Assembly: GCA_028876655.1 (NCBI GenBank)
Contig: JAGWRA010000280.1
Span: forward strand, 1,556 to 65,555
Direction: 5' to 3'
From: Acidobacteriota bacterium
Lineage (GTDB): Bacteria > Acidobacteriota > Vicinamibacteria > Vicinamibacterales > CAVVIG01
DNA: 64,000 nt
Shown piece by piece: positions 1-10,223 of this stretch. The position numbers were made by a program, and so were the translations under genes. Positions within the stretch are counted from its first letter, which is position 1. Each line of letters opens with the position of its first letter. The notes below the pieces were generated by a model, which saw only the letters and a list, made by a program, of their open reading frames with translations, did not search any database and was not told where the DNA came from.

Positions 1-87
1 GAGCGTTGAGTAGTTCGTGAAGTCGTACACGCCGTAGACGACCAGGCCCAGCAGCGCAAGCGCTGCCTGGAGCAGGAAAGCCTTCAT
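1..87 (-). CDS. hypothetical membrane/secreted protein, N-terminal 29 codons only (runs off left edge)
   Basis: ATG at 87..85 on the minus strand, 8 nt downstream of the MerR-like stop. Translates to MKAFLLQAALALLGLVVYGVYDFTNYSTL (hydrophobic N-terminus). Too short for a family call. Confidence 0.3.
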   Translation of the reverse strand, partial: MKAFLLQAALALLGLVVYGVYDFTNYSTL

Positions 88-95
88 GATGTCAG

Positions 96-1040
96 TCACC
101 GAAGAAGGGGTTGTCCGATCGTTCCCAGCCGGCCGAGCTGGCCGGCGTAGGCGTCCAGATCCGCGAACACCAGTCCGCGCGTGCTGAGCAGCCGGCTGTG
201 CGACTCGGCCGCCGGTCCCCCACTCCACAGTTCCACGCCCGCCGGGAGGTCGCGGACGATCGTCTCCAGTTCGCCTTCGAGGGCGGGGTTCTCCGACAGC
301 GTCACGCCCAGCACGAGAACGGAGGCGCCGGCTGCGCGCACGGCCTCGACAATCTGATCGGCGGGCAGGTCTGCGCCGACGTAGGACACCCCCAGCCCTC
401 TGCTGGCGGTCAGCATCGCGGCCGCCAGGATGCCGATTTCGTGACGGTCACCCGCAGGCGTCGCGAAGAGCAGGCGGACGGCCGCCTCGGGGGGCGCGTA
501 GAAGCGGAGGAACGATCCGAGCAGATGGCGCATGGCCGCCGACGTCATGTGCTCGTAGGCGATCCCCCCGCGTCGCCCGTTCCAGTCGGACCCGACCGCG
601 TGCAGGGTCGGCAGCAGGACATCGCACAGCAGATGGTCGGGCGCCATCACGCCGGCCAGCCGCGCGAGTTCCCGATCCACGGCGACGCTGTCGAATCTCG
701 CCAGGGCCGCAGTGAACGCGGCGTGATCCAGCGTGAGCATCGCCGGTGCGGGCGCAGCCGCCGCCGGCTGGGCGCCAGCCAGCTGCTGCAGCGCCGCGTC
801 GCTGAGCGACGCCAGACGTCCAATGCTGTGACCGGACGTGACAGCCCGCTGGAGCAGGCGAAGCCGTAGCACGTCGGCTTCGCTGTAGAGGCGGCCGCGC
901 TCGTCGCGCGACGGGGCGACCGCCCGATAGCGCCGCTCCCACGCGCGCAAGGTGTCGATGCTGACGCCAGTGAGCTTCGAGACGGCCCGGATGGGGTATT
1001 TCGGCTGCCGGTCGTCGTGTCCGTCCGCCATCGTGGGCAT
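96..1040 (-). CDS. MerR-family transcriptional regulator with C-terminal cobalamin (B12)-binding domain (CarH/LitR-like)
   Basis: N-terminal MerR HTH (YPIRAVSKLTGVSIDTLRAWERRY ... YSEADVLRLRLL). C-terminal B12-binding DxHxxG signature (GDRHEIGILAAAML ... VLVLGVT). Confidence 0.8.
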   Translation of the reverse strand: MPTMADGHDDRQPKYPIRAVSKLTGVSIDTLRAWERRYRAVAPSRDERGRLYSEADVLRLRLLQRAVTSGHSIGRLASLSDAALQQLAGAQPAAAAPAPAMLTLDHAAFTAALARFDSVAVDRELARLAGVMAPDHLLCDVLLPTLHAVGSDWNGRRGGIAYEHMTSAAMRHLLGSFLRFYAPPEAAVRLLFATPAGDRHEIGILAAAMLTASRGLGVSYVGADLPADQIVEAVRAAGASVLVLGVTLSENPALEGELETIVRDLPAGVELWSGGPAAESHSRLLSTRGLVFADLDAYAGQLGRLGTIGQPLLR

Positions 1041-1133
1041 GGCTCGACGATAGTGCAGCGGGGCCCAGATGTCAACTATTTGTCATGGACAATGGCTTGA
1101 CACAGGCGTCGTAATTCGGCTTTACTGGAAGCC

Positions 1134-2579
1134 ATGAGAGTCTTCCTGACCGGCGGCACAGGTTTCATCGGGCGGGCGCTCGTCCCGCTTCTTCAGCGCG
1201 AAGGCCACACGGTCGTCGTCTGGACCAGGTCCGTGGCACGGGCCCGCGCCCGGCTTGGCGCCGACATCGATGCGGTCGATGCCGCCTCCGGCGAGGCCGG
1301 ACTGACGGCAGCGATCGACGGCTGCGACGCCGTCATCAATCTCGCGGGGGAGCCGGTCCTGCCCGGCCGCTGGACCGCCGCCCGGCGCCGCGCCCTGCGC
1401 GACAGTCGCGTCGGCCTGACCGAAACGCTCGTGCGGGCGATCGCGGCGGCGCGACGACGGCCTCGCGTCCTCGTGTCGAGCAGCGCGGTCGGCTTCTATG
1501 GCGATCGGGGAGAGGAACTGCTGAACGAGGCGTCGGCGCCGGGCGCCGGCTTCCTGGCGCAGCTCTGCGAGCAGTGGGAGGCTGCCGCCTGTCAGGCCGA
1601 GCGTCACGGTGTCCGCGTGGTGCTCGTCCGGACCGGTGTCGTGCTCGGTCGCGACGGCGGAGCCCTCGCACGCATGCTGCCGCCCTTCCGGCTCGGCCTG
1701 GGCGGGCCGCTCGGCTCGGGCCGGCAGTACGTGCCGTGGATCCACCTCCACGATCTCGCGGCCATCTTCGTTGCGGCACTGACCGACGACCGGTTCCGCG
1801 GACCGATCAACGCAGTCGCGCCCGATGCCGTCACCAGTCGCGAGTTCGCCGGCGCGCTCGGGAAGGCCCTTGGAAGACCCGCCCTGTTGCCGGTGCCCGG
1901 GCTCGCGCTGCGCGCCCTTTTCGGCGAGGCCGCAGGTGTGCTGCTCGCCGGCCAGCGGGTCGAGCCAGCCGCGTTGCGCGCGCACGGCTTCGCGTTCGCC
2001 TTCCCGACCGTCGCACCGGCGGTGGCCGATCTCCTGAGCGGGACACCGATTGCGATCGGCCCGGTGTCGGCGCTCCCGGAATCTGGTGCGACCGGGCCCG
2101 GTCGCGACTATCTCCGGCGGCGCAGGCCGGCCTACGCGCTGCGCACGTCGATGATGGTGCGGGCGCCGATCGAGGAGGCCTTCTCGTTCTTCTCCAAGGC
2201 CGAGAACCTGGGGCTGCTGACGCCGTCCGGAATGGGCTTCTCCATCAGCGGTCGCGTTCCGGACATCCAGGAGGGAACGACGATCGACTACCGCTTGCGC
2301 GTCGGTGCCGTGCCGATCGTCTGGCGGTCGCGCATCGTGGACTGGCGGCCCGGCGAGCGCTTCGTCGACCAGCAGGAGCGCGGCCCGTACCGCTCCTGGT
2401 ATCACGAGCACTCGTTCCGCGCGGTCGGCTCGTCGACGCTGATGCAGGACTGCGTCTACTACGCGCCGCCGCTCAGTCTGCTCGGCCGTCTCGCTAACCG
2501 CCTGTTCATCGTCCCCACCCTGCAGCGGATCTTCCGGTATCGGGCCGACGTGATCCGGCTGCGGTTCGGAGCGGCGTAA
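1134..2579 (+). CDS. NAD-dependent epimerase/dehydratase (TIGR01777/YfcH-like) fused to an SRPBCC (cyclase/dehydrase-like) domain
   Basis: Rossmann N-terminus MRVFLTGGTGFIGRALV. C-terminal ~150 aa resembles SRPBCC (APIEEAFSFFSKAENLGLLTP ... WYHEHSF). The long antisense ORFs over it are shadows. Confidence 0.75.
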   Translation: MRVFLTGGTGFIGRALVPLLQREGHTVVVWTRSVARARARLGADIDAVDAASGEAGLTAAIDGCDAVINLAGEPVLPGRWTAARRRALRDSRVGLTETLVRAIAAARRRPRVLVSSSAVGFYGDRGEELLNEASAPGAGFLAQLCEQWEAAACQAERHGVRVVLVRTGVVLGRDGGALARMLPPFRLGLGGPLGSGRQYVPWIHLHDLAAIFVAALTDDRFRGPINAVAPDAVTSREFAGALGKALGRPALLPVPGLALRALFGEAAGVLLAGQRVEPAALRAHGFAFAFPTVAPAVADLLSGTPIAIGPVSALPESGATGPGRDYLRRRRPAYALRTSMMVRAPIEEAFSFFSKAENLGLLTPSGMGFSISGRVPDIQEGTTIDYRLRVGAVPIVWRSRIVDWRPGERFVDQQERGPYRSWYHEHSFRAVGSSTLMQDCVYYAPPLSLLGRLANRLFIVPTLQRIFRYRADVIRLRFGAA

Positions 2580-2580
2580 C

Positions 2581-3654
2581 GTGGCCGCCATGCCATCGCA
2601 GGTCGCGGGGCTGCAGAGCCGCTCCGGTTCCACACGGTTCGACGCCGTGCTGGTCGTGTCGTTCGGCGGGCCGCAGGGGCTCGCCGACATCCGCCCGTTC
2701 CTCGCCAACGTGCTGCGCGGCCGGCGCGTGTCGCCCGGCCGCGTCGAGGAGGTGGCCCGCCACTACGAGCACTTCGGCGGGGTCTCGCCCATCACGGAAT
2801 TGACCAGGCGCCAGGCCGAAGGGCTGCGCGAGCGGCTCGCGGCCGCCGGGCATCCGCTGCCGGTCTACGTCGGGATGCGCAACTGGCATCCGTTGCTCGT
2901 CGACACGCTGCGCGAGATGAGCGCGGCCGGGCACCGCCGTGCAATCGGGTTCATCACGGCGGCGCAGCACTCGTTCTCGAGCTGCGAGCAGTATCGAAGG
3001 AACGTGGCCGACGCGCGGGCGGTGCTGCGCGCGGAAGGACGGACCGACGTCGAGGTGACGTTCGTCGACAGCTGGTTCGACCACGACGGGTTCGTCGCCG
3101 TCAACGCCGCGCATGTCACGGAGGCGCTGGCGCGGCTGCCCGAGGCGTCACGCCGCCAGGCGCGCCTGATCTTCACGGCGCACAGCATTCCGCTGCCGAT
3201 GGCGGAGGCGGGCCGGTATCGCGAGCAGCTGCGGGTTGGTGCCGCGCTCGTGGCGGAGCGCGCCGGCGTGCGCGACTGGGCGCTGGTCTATCAGAGCCGC
3301 AGCGGCCGGCCCGAGGATCCCTGGCTCGGCCCCGACATCTGCGACTACCTGCGTGAGGAGCGGCCGAAGGGGCTGCGGGCGGCGGTGATCTGCCCAATCG
3401 GCTTCGTGTCGGATCACGTCGAGGTGCTGTGGGATCTCGATCGGGAGGCAGCGGCCGTCTGCCGCGAGGCCGGGATCGAGATGGCGCGCGCGGAGACGGC
3501 GAACGCCGATCCGCGCTTCATCGACATGATGGCCGACATGGTGCTGCGGACCATCCGCCGGCATGCCCGGAGCCGGGCGCTGCCGATCGTCGGGCTGCCG
3601 GGATCGACGCGGGGCGGTGACGGCCGGCCGCCTACGGGCGCAGCAGCGTCTTGA
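2581..3654 (+). CDS. hemH: ferrochelatase
   Basis: 357-aa ORF with ferrochelatase-like N-terminus ([23 protein letters not shown]) and core (FTAHSIPL ... [18 protein letters not shown]). Start is GTG 2581 or ATG 2590. Confidence 0.85.
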   Translation: MAAMPSQVAGLQSRSGSTRFDAVLVVSFGGPQGLADIRPFLANVLRGRRVSPGRVEEVARHYEHFGGVSPITELTRRQAEGLRERLAAAGHPLPVYVGMRNWHPLLVDTLREMSAAGHRRAIGFITAAQHSFSSCEQYRRNVADARAVLRAEGRTDVEVTFVDSWFDHDGFVAVNAAHVTEALARLPEASRRQARLIFTAHSIPLPMAEAGRYREQLRVGAALVAERAGVRDWALVYQSRSGRPEDPWLGPDICDYLREERPKGLRAAVICPIGFVSDHVEVLWDLDREAAAVCREAGIEMARAETANADPRFIDMMADMVLRTIRRHARSRALPIVGLPGSTRGGDGRPPTGAAAS

Positions 3655-3673
3655 TGGCGCGGCGCTCGTCCGC

Positions 3674-4076
3674 TCATCTCCCTGCCTGGTACTGCCCGTC
3701 GCTGACGTGCTCGAGCCAGTCGACCACTCTTCCGTCCAGTCGCTCCTGGATGGCGATGTGGGTCATGGCCGTCGTGGGCGATGCGCCGTGCCAGTGCTTC
3801 TCGCCCGGCGCGAACCAGACGACGTCGCCCGGGCGAATCTCTTCGATCGCCCCACCCCACCGCTGCACCCGGCCGCAGCCGGCGGGTGACGATCAGCGTC
3901 TGGCCGAGCGGATGCGTGTGCCAGGCCGTGCGGGCGCCCGGCTCGAAGGTGACGTTCGCCCCGGCGACGCGCGCCGGATCCGGCGCCTGGAACAGCGGGT
4001 CCAACCGGACCGTCCCGGTGAACCAGTCGGCCGGCTCCTTCGCCGACGGCTGTGAGCCGACTCTCGTGATGTCCAT
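3674..4076 (-). pseudogene. cupin-domain protein interrupted by a 1-nt frameshift
   Basis: The N-terminal half ([26 protein letters not shown]...[14 protein letters not shown]) is in the frame of ORF 3414..4076. The C-terminal half ([34 protein letters not shown]...) continues in the frame of ORF 3674..3868. The two join if one G of GGG at 3884-3886 (+ strand) is removed. Confidence 0.7.
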
Positions 4077-4101
4077 CTCGTGTCCCTCTCTCAGCGGCCG
4101 C

Positions 4102-6086
<1,985 letters not shown>

Positions 6087-6223
6087 GCCGCGCACAGCAG
6101 ACGATGCGTGCTCTGCCGGCATTCTGGTGCTACGGTTATCCCCTGGGCTGACGCCCGGCGTGCCGGCGCGCGGAGGTCGCGTGCCGGAAGCCGCCGGTCG
6201 GGCCGGAGATGCATGGTGAACCG

Positions 6224-7288
6224 ATGAAGACGTTATGGATCCTGCTGGCGGCGGTCGGCCTGTCCGCCGGGCTGTCGGCTCAGAACAAGGCGCCCCTCAC
6301 ACTCGTGCAGACGTTCCCCCTGCCGGCGACCGTGAAGGGGCCGATCGGCCGGCTCGGCGTGGACGTCGCCGGCCATCGGCTCTTCCTCCCGGCTGAAGAT
6401 GCGCACGCGGTTCTGGTGCTCGATCTCCGCACGGGCGCGCTGCTGCACACCATCGGCGATCCCGGCGGGCCGCGCGCCGTTCTCTTCCGCGCCGACCTCG
6501 GCAGTCTCTACATCGTCGACGGGAGGACCGGCGAGGTGAAGGTCTACGATGCCGGCTCGTACCGCGAGGTGATGTCGACACGGCGGACCCTTGGGGCTGC
6601 GGTCCCTGTCATGCCGGATGCCCGTGACCTCGGCTACGACCCGCGAACGAAGCTGCTTTACGTCACGAGCGCCGGCGCCGAGTCCGATGCCAAGGGCAAG
6701 GCTGCCAGGGACAAGAAGAAGACGTCGCTCCTGAACATGGTCGATACCTCCACCGGCTACAAGGGCTCGGACCTGGAGATTGACGGTGACGCGCTGGGGG
6801 CGATGGCGCTCGAGACGAAGGGCCCGCTGCTCTACCTGAACAACCCCGCCAAACACGAGATTGACGTCATCGATCGCGTCAACATGGTCCTCAAGGCGAA
6901 ATGGCCGGTGACGATGGGCCAGGACAACCGGGCGATGGCGCTCGACGAGGCGTCACACCGGTTGTTCGTCGGCTGTGCCAGCGGAGCGGTCGTCGTCTTC
7001 GACACGAAGACCGGGACGGAGATCAAGGCGCTGCCGATTCCGGCGGGGATCGACGATCTGGCTTTCGATCCGCAGACCCGTCGGCTCTACGCGTGCTGCG
7101 GCGGCGACACGGGAACGATTGACGTGTATCAGGAGAAGGACGGCGATCAGTTCCAGTCGCTCGGCCGCGTGGCGTCCGGGCCGGACGCGGGATCCGCACT
7201 CCTCGTGCCCGAGCTGCACCGGTACTTCGTGTCAGTGCCGGCGCACGGGAACGAGCCGGGGAAGGTACTGGTGTATCAGGTGCCGTAG
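6224..7288 (+). CDS. secreted beta-propeller repeat protein (YncE/YVTN-like)
   Basis: Signal peptide MKTLWILLAAVGLSAGLSAQN. Repeated blade-like segments (LYIVDG, LLYVTSAG, LLYLNN, RLFVGC, RLYACC, VLVYQV). Confidence 0.7.
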   Translation: MKTLWILLAAVGLSAGLSAQNKAPLTLVQTFPLPATVKGPIGRLGVDVAGHRLFLPAEDAHAVLVLDLRTGALLHTIGDPGGPRAVLFRADLGSLYIVDGRTGEVKVYDAGSYREVMSTRRTLGAAVPVMPDARDLGYDPRTKLLYVTSAGAESDAKGKAARDKKKTSLLNMVDTSTGYKGSDLEIDGDALGAMALETKGPLLYLNNPAKHEIDVIDRVNMVLKAKWPVTMGQDNRAMALDEASHRLFVGCASGAVVVFDTKTGTEIKALPIPAGIDDLAFDPQTRRLYACCGGDTGTIDVYQEKDGDQFQSLGRVASGPDAGSALLVPELHRYFVSVPAHGNEPGKVLVYQVP

Positions 7289-7404
7289 GAAGGGAGAACC
7301 CGCCTTCGCGGCTGCACCGCTTCGGCGCGCAACCTTCTCAGGTGAGCGTGAGCGGGGGTTGGCTTGCCAACCGAAGCTCGCGCCGGTTACGCGCGAGCGA
7401 AGGT

Positions 7405-7427
7405 TGGCGGAGGGAGAGGGATTCGAA
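7405..7427. repeat. island-distal att direct repeat (copy of the tRNA-Ser 3' end)
   Basis: TGGCGGAGGGAGAGGGATTCGAA is identical to 32622-32644 in the same orientation. No tRNA body is adjacent. Confidence 0.85.
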
Positions 7428-8045
7428 GGCTGTTAACACACCTGTTTTCAATAATTTACAGAACTTTTAATAATCCAGACCGGCCGAAATCGCTCAAAAA
7501 TCGCGGGGCTGGGACGAAACTGGGACGGCAGAGAGACGGTGCGACAGAGCTCTACCGCATGGAGGTCGTCGTCTTGCGACCGTCGACAACTCCGCGACTC
7601 CCTCTCAAGGCGAGCGCTGGTGCGATTCGCGCCAACGCTCGGGTCCGCGCGATCGATAGCAAGCTGCAGACGAACTGTGGTGCTCGGCTGTTCGGTGATC
7701 TCAGCCAACCCGTCGGAGCCGGATGGACCGGCAACCTCTATGGCAGATTAAGTGAATCGGCCCACGTGCGGCCTGGACGCACATTGGGGGACACTTGGGA
7801 CAGCAACGGTCCATCTACGTCGGTGAGGCCGTTCGAGACCTTCACGAAATCTTCTTCGGAACCGTGTGCGCTGCGTGCGTTCTTGCTTATCTCGACCGCC
7901 GCTCTCTGAGGTTTCCAAAGGCCTTGGGTCGCTCTCTGGTCGCAACGGAGGTGTAGCCGACGGCAATCGAGTTGGTAGCACTATCCAAGGTCCGCTCAAC
8001 TAAGTTGGTCTTAGAGCGTTTCGAATGGTGTGCTAGACTCTGGAC

Positions 8046-8179
8046 GGACTCACCGGCAGATTTTGTGCCGCGTTTCGCGGCATTTGACGCCAACGCCACA
8101 CTCGCTGCTGCACATGTCGCAAGGCGATATGCGTGATATGTGCGCAGGCTGACTATCGCATAGGAGTGCCGGTGGGTCT
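8046..8179 (+). ncRNA. candidate retron msr/msd non-coding RNA
   Basis: 13-bp inverted repeat (8046-8058 GGACTCACCGGCA / 8167-8179 TGCCGGTGGGTCT; 11 WC + 2 GU pairs) as a1/a2. G at 8059 follows a1 directly. An msr-like hairpin lies at 8066-8082 and a longer hairpin at 8109-8144. The element ends 23 nt before the RT ATG. Prediction by eye only. Confidence 0.35.
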
Positions 8180-8202
8180 CTTCTCTATCCCCGCGTGCGC
8201 AG

Positions 8203-9990
8203 ATGTCCCGACTTGCCGCGCTCAAAGCCGCGAGCTCGCTGAACGCACTCGCCGATCTCCTAGACTTCAAACCCAAGGCTGTCTCATACATCCTTTATAA
8301 GATTCCGTCGAAGAGTAAGTACACGACCTTCGAGATTCCGAAGCGATCAGGCGGGCAGCGCACGATCAAGGCACCCACTGAGAAGCTGAGGAACCTTCAG
8401 CGTAAACTGGCCGATCTCCTTCAGGATTGCCAGTTGGAGATCGAGACGGCCCGACATCTCAACGATCGAACCGCGCACGGCTTCAAACGCGGGAAATCGA
8501 TCGTCACCAACGCCAGTCAGCATCGGGGCCGCCGTTGGGTTCTCAACCTTGACCTCCAGGATTTCTTTCCATCCATCAATTTCGGACGAGTCCGAGGATT
8601 TCTGATCAAGAACCGCGACTTTGCACTCAACGCGAAGGTCGCCACCGTGATCGCACAGATCGCCTGCCACGACAACACGTTGCCCCAGGGCAGCCCATGC
8701 TCGCCGGTGATCTCCAATCTGGTCGCTCACGTGCTCGATATGCGGCTTGTGATGCTGGCCGGCAAGTTCGGGTGCACGTACTCGCGCTACGCCGACGACC
8801 TGACGTTCTCCACGAGCAAGAGGGAGTTCCCGGCCGAGATCGCCAAACCCCTCGGAGCCGAGGCTCCGGAGACTCACCTCTGGGTTCCCGGGGAGGCCCT
8901 GCACGGCGTTCTCATCCGCAGCGGCTTTGCGATCAATGCAAAGAAGACGCGATTCATGTATCGACGCTCCCGCCAAGAGGTCACCGGTCTGACCGTGAAC
9001 AAAAAGATCGGCGTTCGATGGCGGTACCGCCACGATGTCCGGGCGATGGTTCACAAGCTGGTGACCAAAGGGCAGTTTGAGGTTCTCAGCACCGTGGTCA
9101 AAGATGGCGAGCCGACGCTGGAAAAACGGCCGGGCACGCGCCCGGAGTTGCACGGCATGCTCGGATTCATCGACAGCATTGACGTCTTCAACGCGAAGCT
9201 CGCTGCGGCCCTCAGAGGAGCAAAGCGCCCCTATCGAAGCGTCTCACCGAAGGCGCCAGAGCAAGAGTTCTCCTCAAGGGAGGCAGTCTATCGTCAATTC
9301 CTCATGTACACGACGTTCTATGCTCCGTTGAAGCCCGTGATTCTCTGCGAGGGCGACACCGATAACGTGTACCTGAGGCTCGCCATTCGCCGCCTTGCTG
9401 CTGACTTCCCTGAACTGGCGGAAATCACAAAACAGAAGATTGTCGTCCCGAAGGTGAGAATCTACAAGCACCCTAAGTCAAGTACCACACGCTTGCTCGA
9501 TCTCGGATCGGGTGGATACGCTCCGCTTGGCAACTTCATGTCAAGGTACAAGAAGGAGACTGCACATTTTGGCCCAGGGCTGACCGAGCCGGTGATCGTC
9601 GTCTACGACAACGACAGCGCCGGAGGCCAGCTGCGCAACAAAATAAAGGGGGAGTTCAAGGTCGCGTCGGACGGCACGGAGCCCTTCATCCATATTTTCA
9701 AGAACATCTACGCGGTGCCCATTCCGTTTGGACCAAATGCAGCGCCGACTGAGATTGAGGACTTGTTCGACGCAGCAACAAAGGCGACGAAGCTCAAGGG
9801 CAAGAGCTTTTGCTCCGAGAAGAACATCGACGAGGACACCCAATACAGCAAGAGCGCCTTCGCCAAGGAGGTCATTGCCGCGAACGCCGGCAAGGTCGAC
9901 TTCAACGGCTTCAGGCCGTTGCTCACCAATGTCGCGGCGGCAATCAGGGCGCACCAAAAAGCGGTCATCGAGCCGTCGCCGAAACCCTAG
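8203..9990 (+). CDS. retron-type reverse transcriptase fused to a C-terminal Toprim nuclease domain (Ec67/Retron-Eco2 family architecture)
   Basis: RT motifs IPKRSGGQRTIKAP, NLDLQDFFPSI, LPQGSPCSPVISNL, YSRYADDLTFS, VTGLTVN. The C-terminus has Toprim-like acidic motifs VILCEGDTDNVY and VVYDNDSAG. 595 aa. Confidence 0.85.
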   Translation: MSRLAALKAASSLNALADLLDFKPKAVSYILYKIPSKSKYTTFEIPKRSGGQRTIKAPTEKLRNLQRKLADLLQDCQLEIETARHLNDRTAHGFKRGKSIVTNASQHRGRRWVLNLDLQDFFPSINFGRVRGFLIKNRDFALNAKVATVIAQIACHDNTLPQGSPCSPVISNLVAHVLDMRLVMLAGKFGCTYSRYADDLTFSTSKREFPAEIAKPLGAEAPETHLWVPGEALHGVLIRSGFAINAKKTRFMYRRSRQEVTGLTVNKKIGVRWRYRHDVRAMVHKLVTKGQFEVLSTVVKDGEPTLEKRPGTRPELHGMLGFIDSIDVFNAKLAAALRGAKRPYRSVSPKAPEQEFSSREAVYRQFLMYTTFYAPLKPVILCEGDTDNVYLRLAIRRLAADFPELAEITKQKIVVPKVRIYKHPKSSTTRLLDLGSGGYAPLGNFMSRYKKETAHFGPGLTEPVIVVYDNDSAGGQLRNKIKGEFKVASDGTEPFIHIFKNIYAVPIPFGPNAAPTEIEDLFDAATKATKLKGKSFCSEKNIDEDTQYSKSAFAKEVIAANAGKVDFNGFRPLLTNVAAAIRAHQKAVIEPSPKP

Positions 9991-10223
9991 GGGGGCGAAG
10001 CGATTCCAAGTAATCCTCCCGTCCGGCTACACGGGCGGCCGATCTCCCGTCGGCGAAATTACTGCCGATCGCAGGTATCAGCTGAGGAATGGAGTTCGTC
10101 TTCCTTGCTGCCGTCGATTCAAGGGGCAAGTCCTCGGGCAGCACCGAGAGCGCGCGACATGGGACGGCAGACCACGCCGGGCATCAACTAGCATCGGCGA
10201 CGATTCGCAGTCCTCGCGTCACG

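Noticed and set aside
1122-2708. 528-aa minus-strand ORF (plus several 70-300-aa ORFs) overlapping the epimerase gene
   Set aside because: Typical high-GC shadow ORF. It is R/A/G/P-rich and low-complexity with no motifs, while the plus-strand frame has clear Rossmann/SRPBCC features.
7364-7909. 181-aa plus-strand ORF starting upstream of the left att repeat
   Set aside because: It reads through the tRNA-derived repeat and the AT-rich junction and has no protein-like features. The region is more plausibly non-coding (att arm sites or retron leader).
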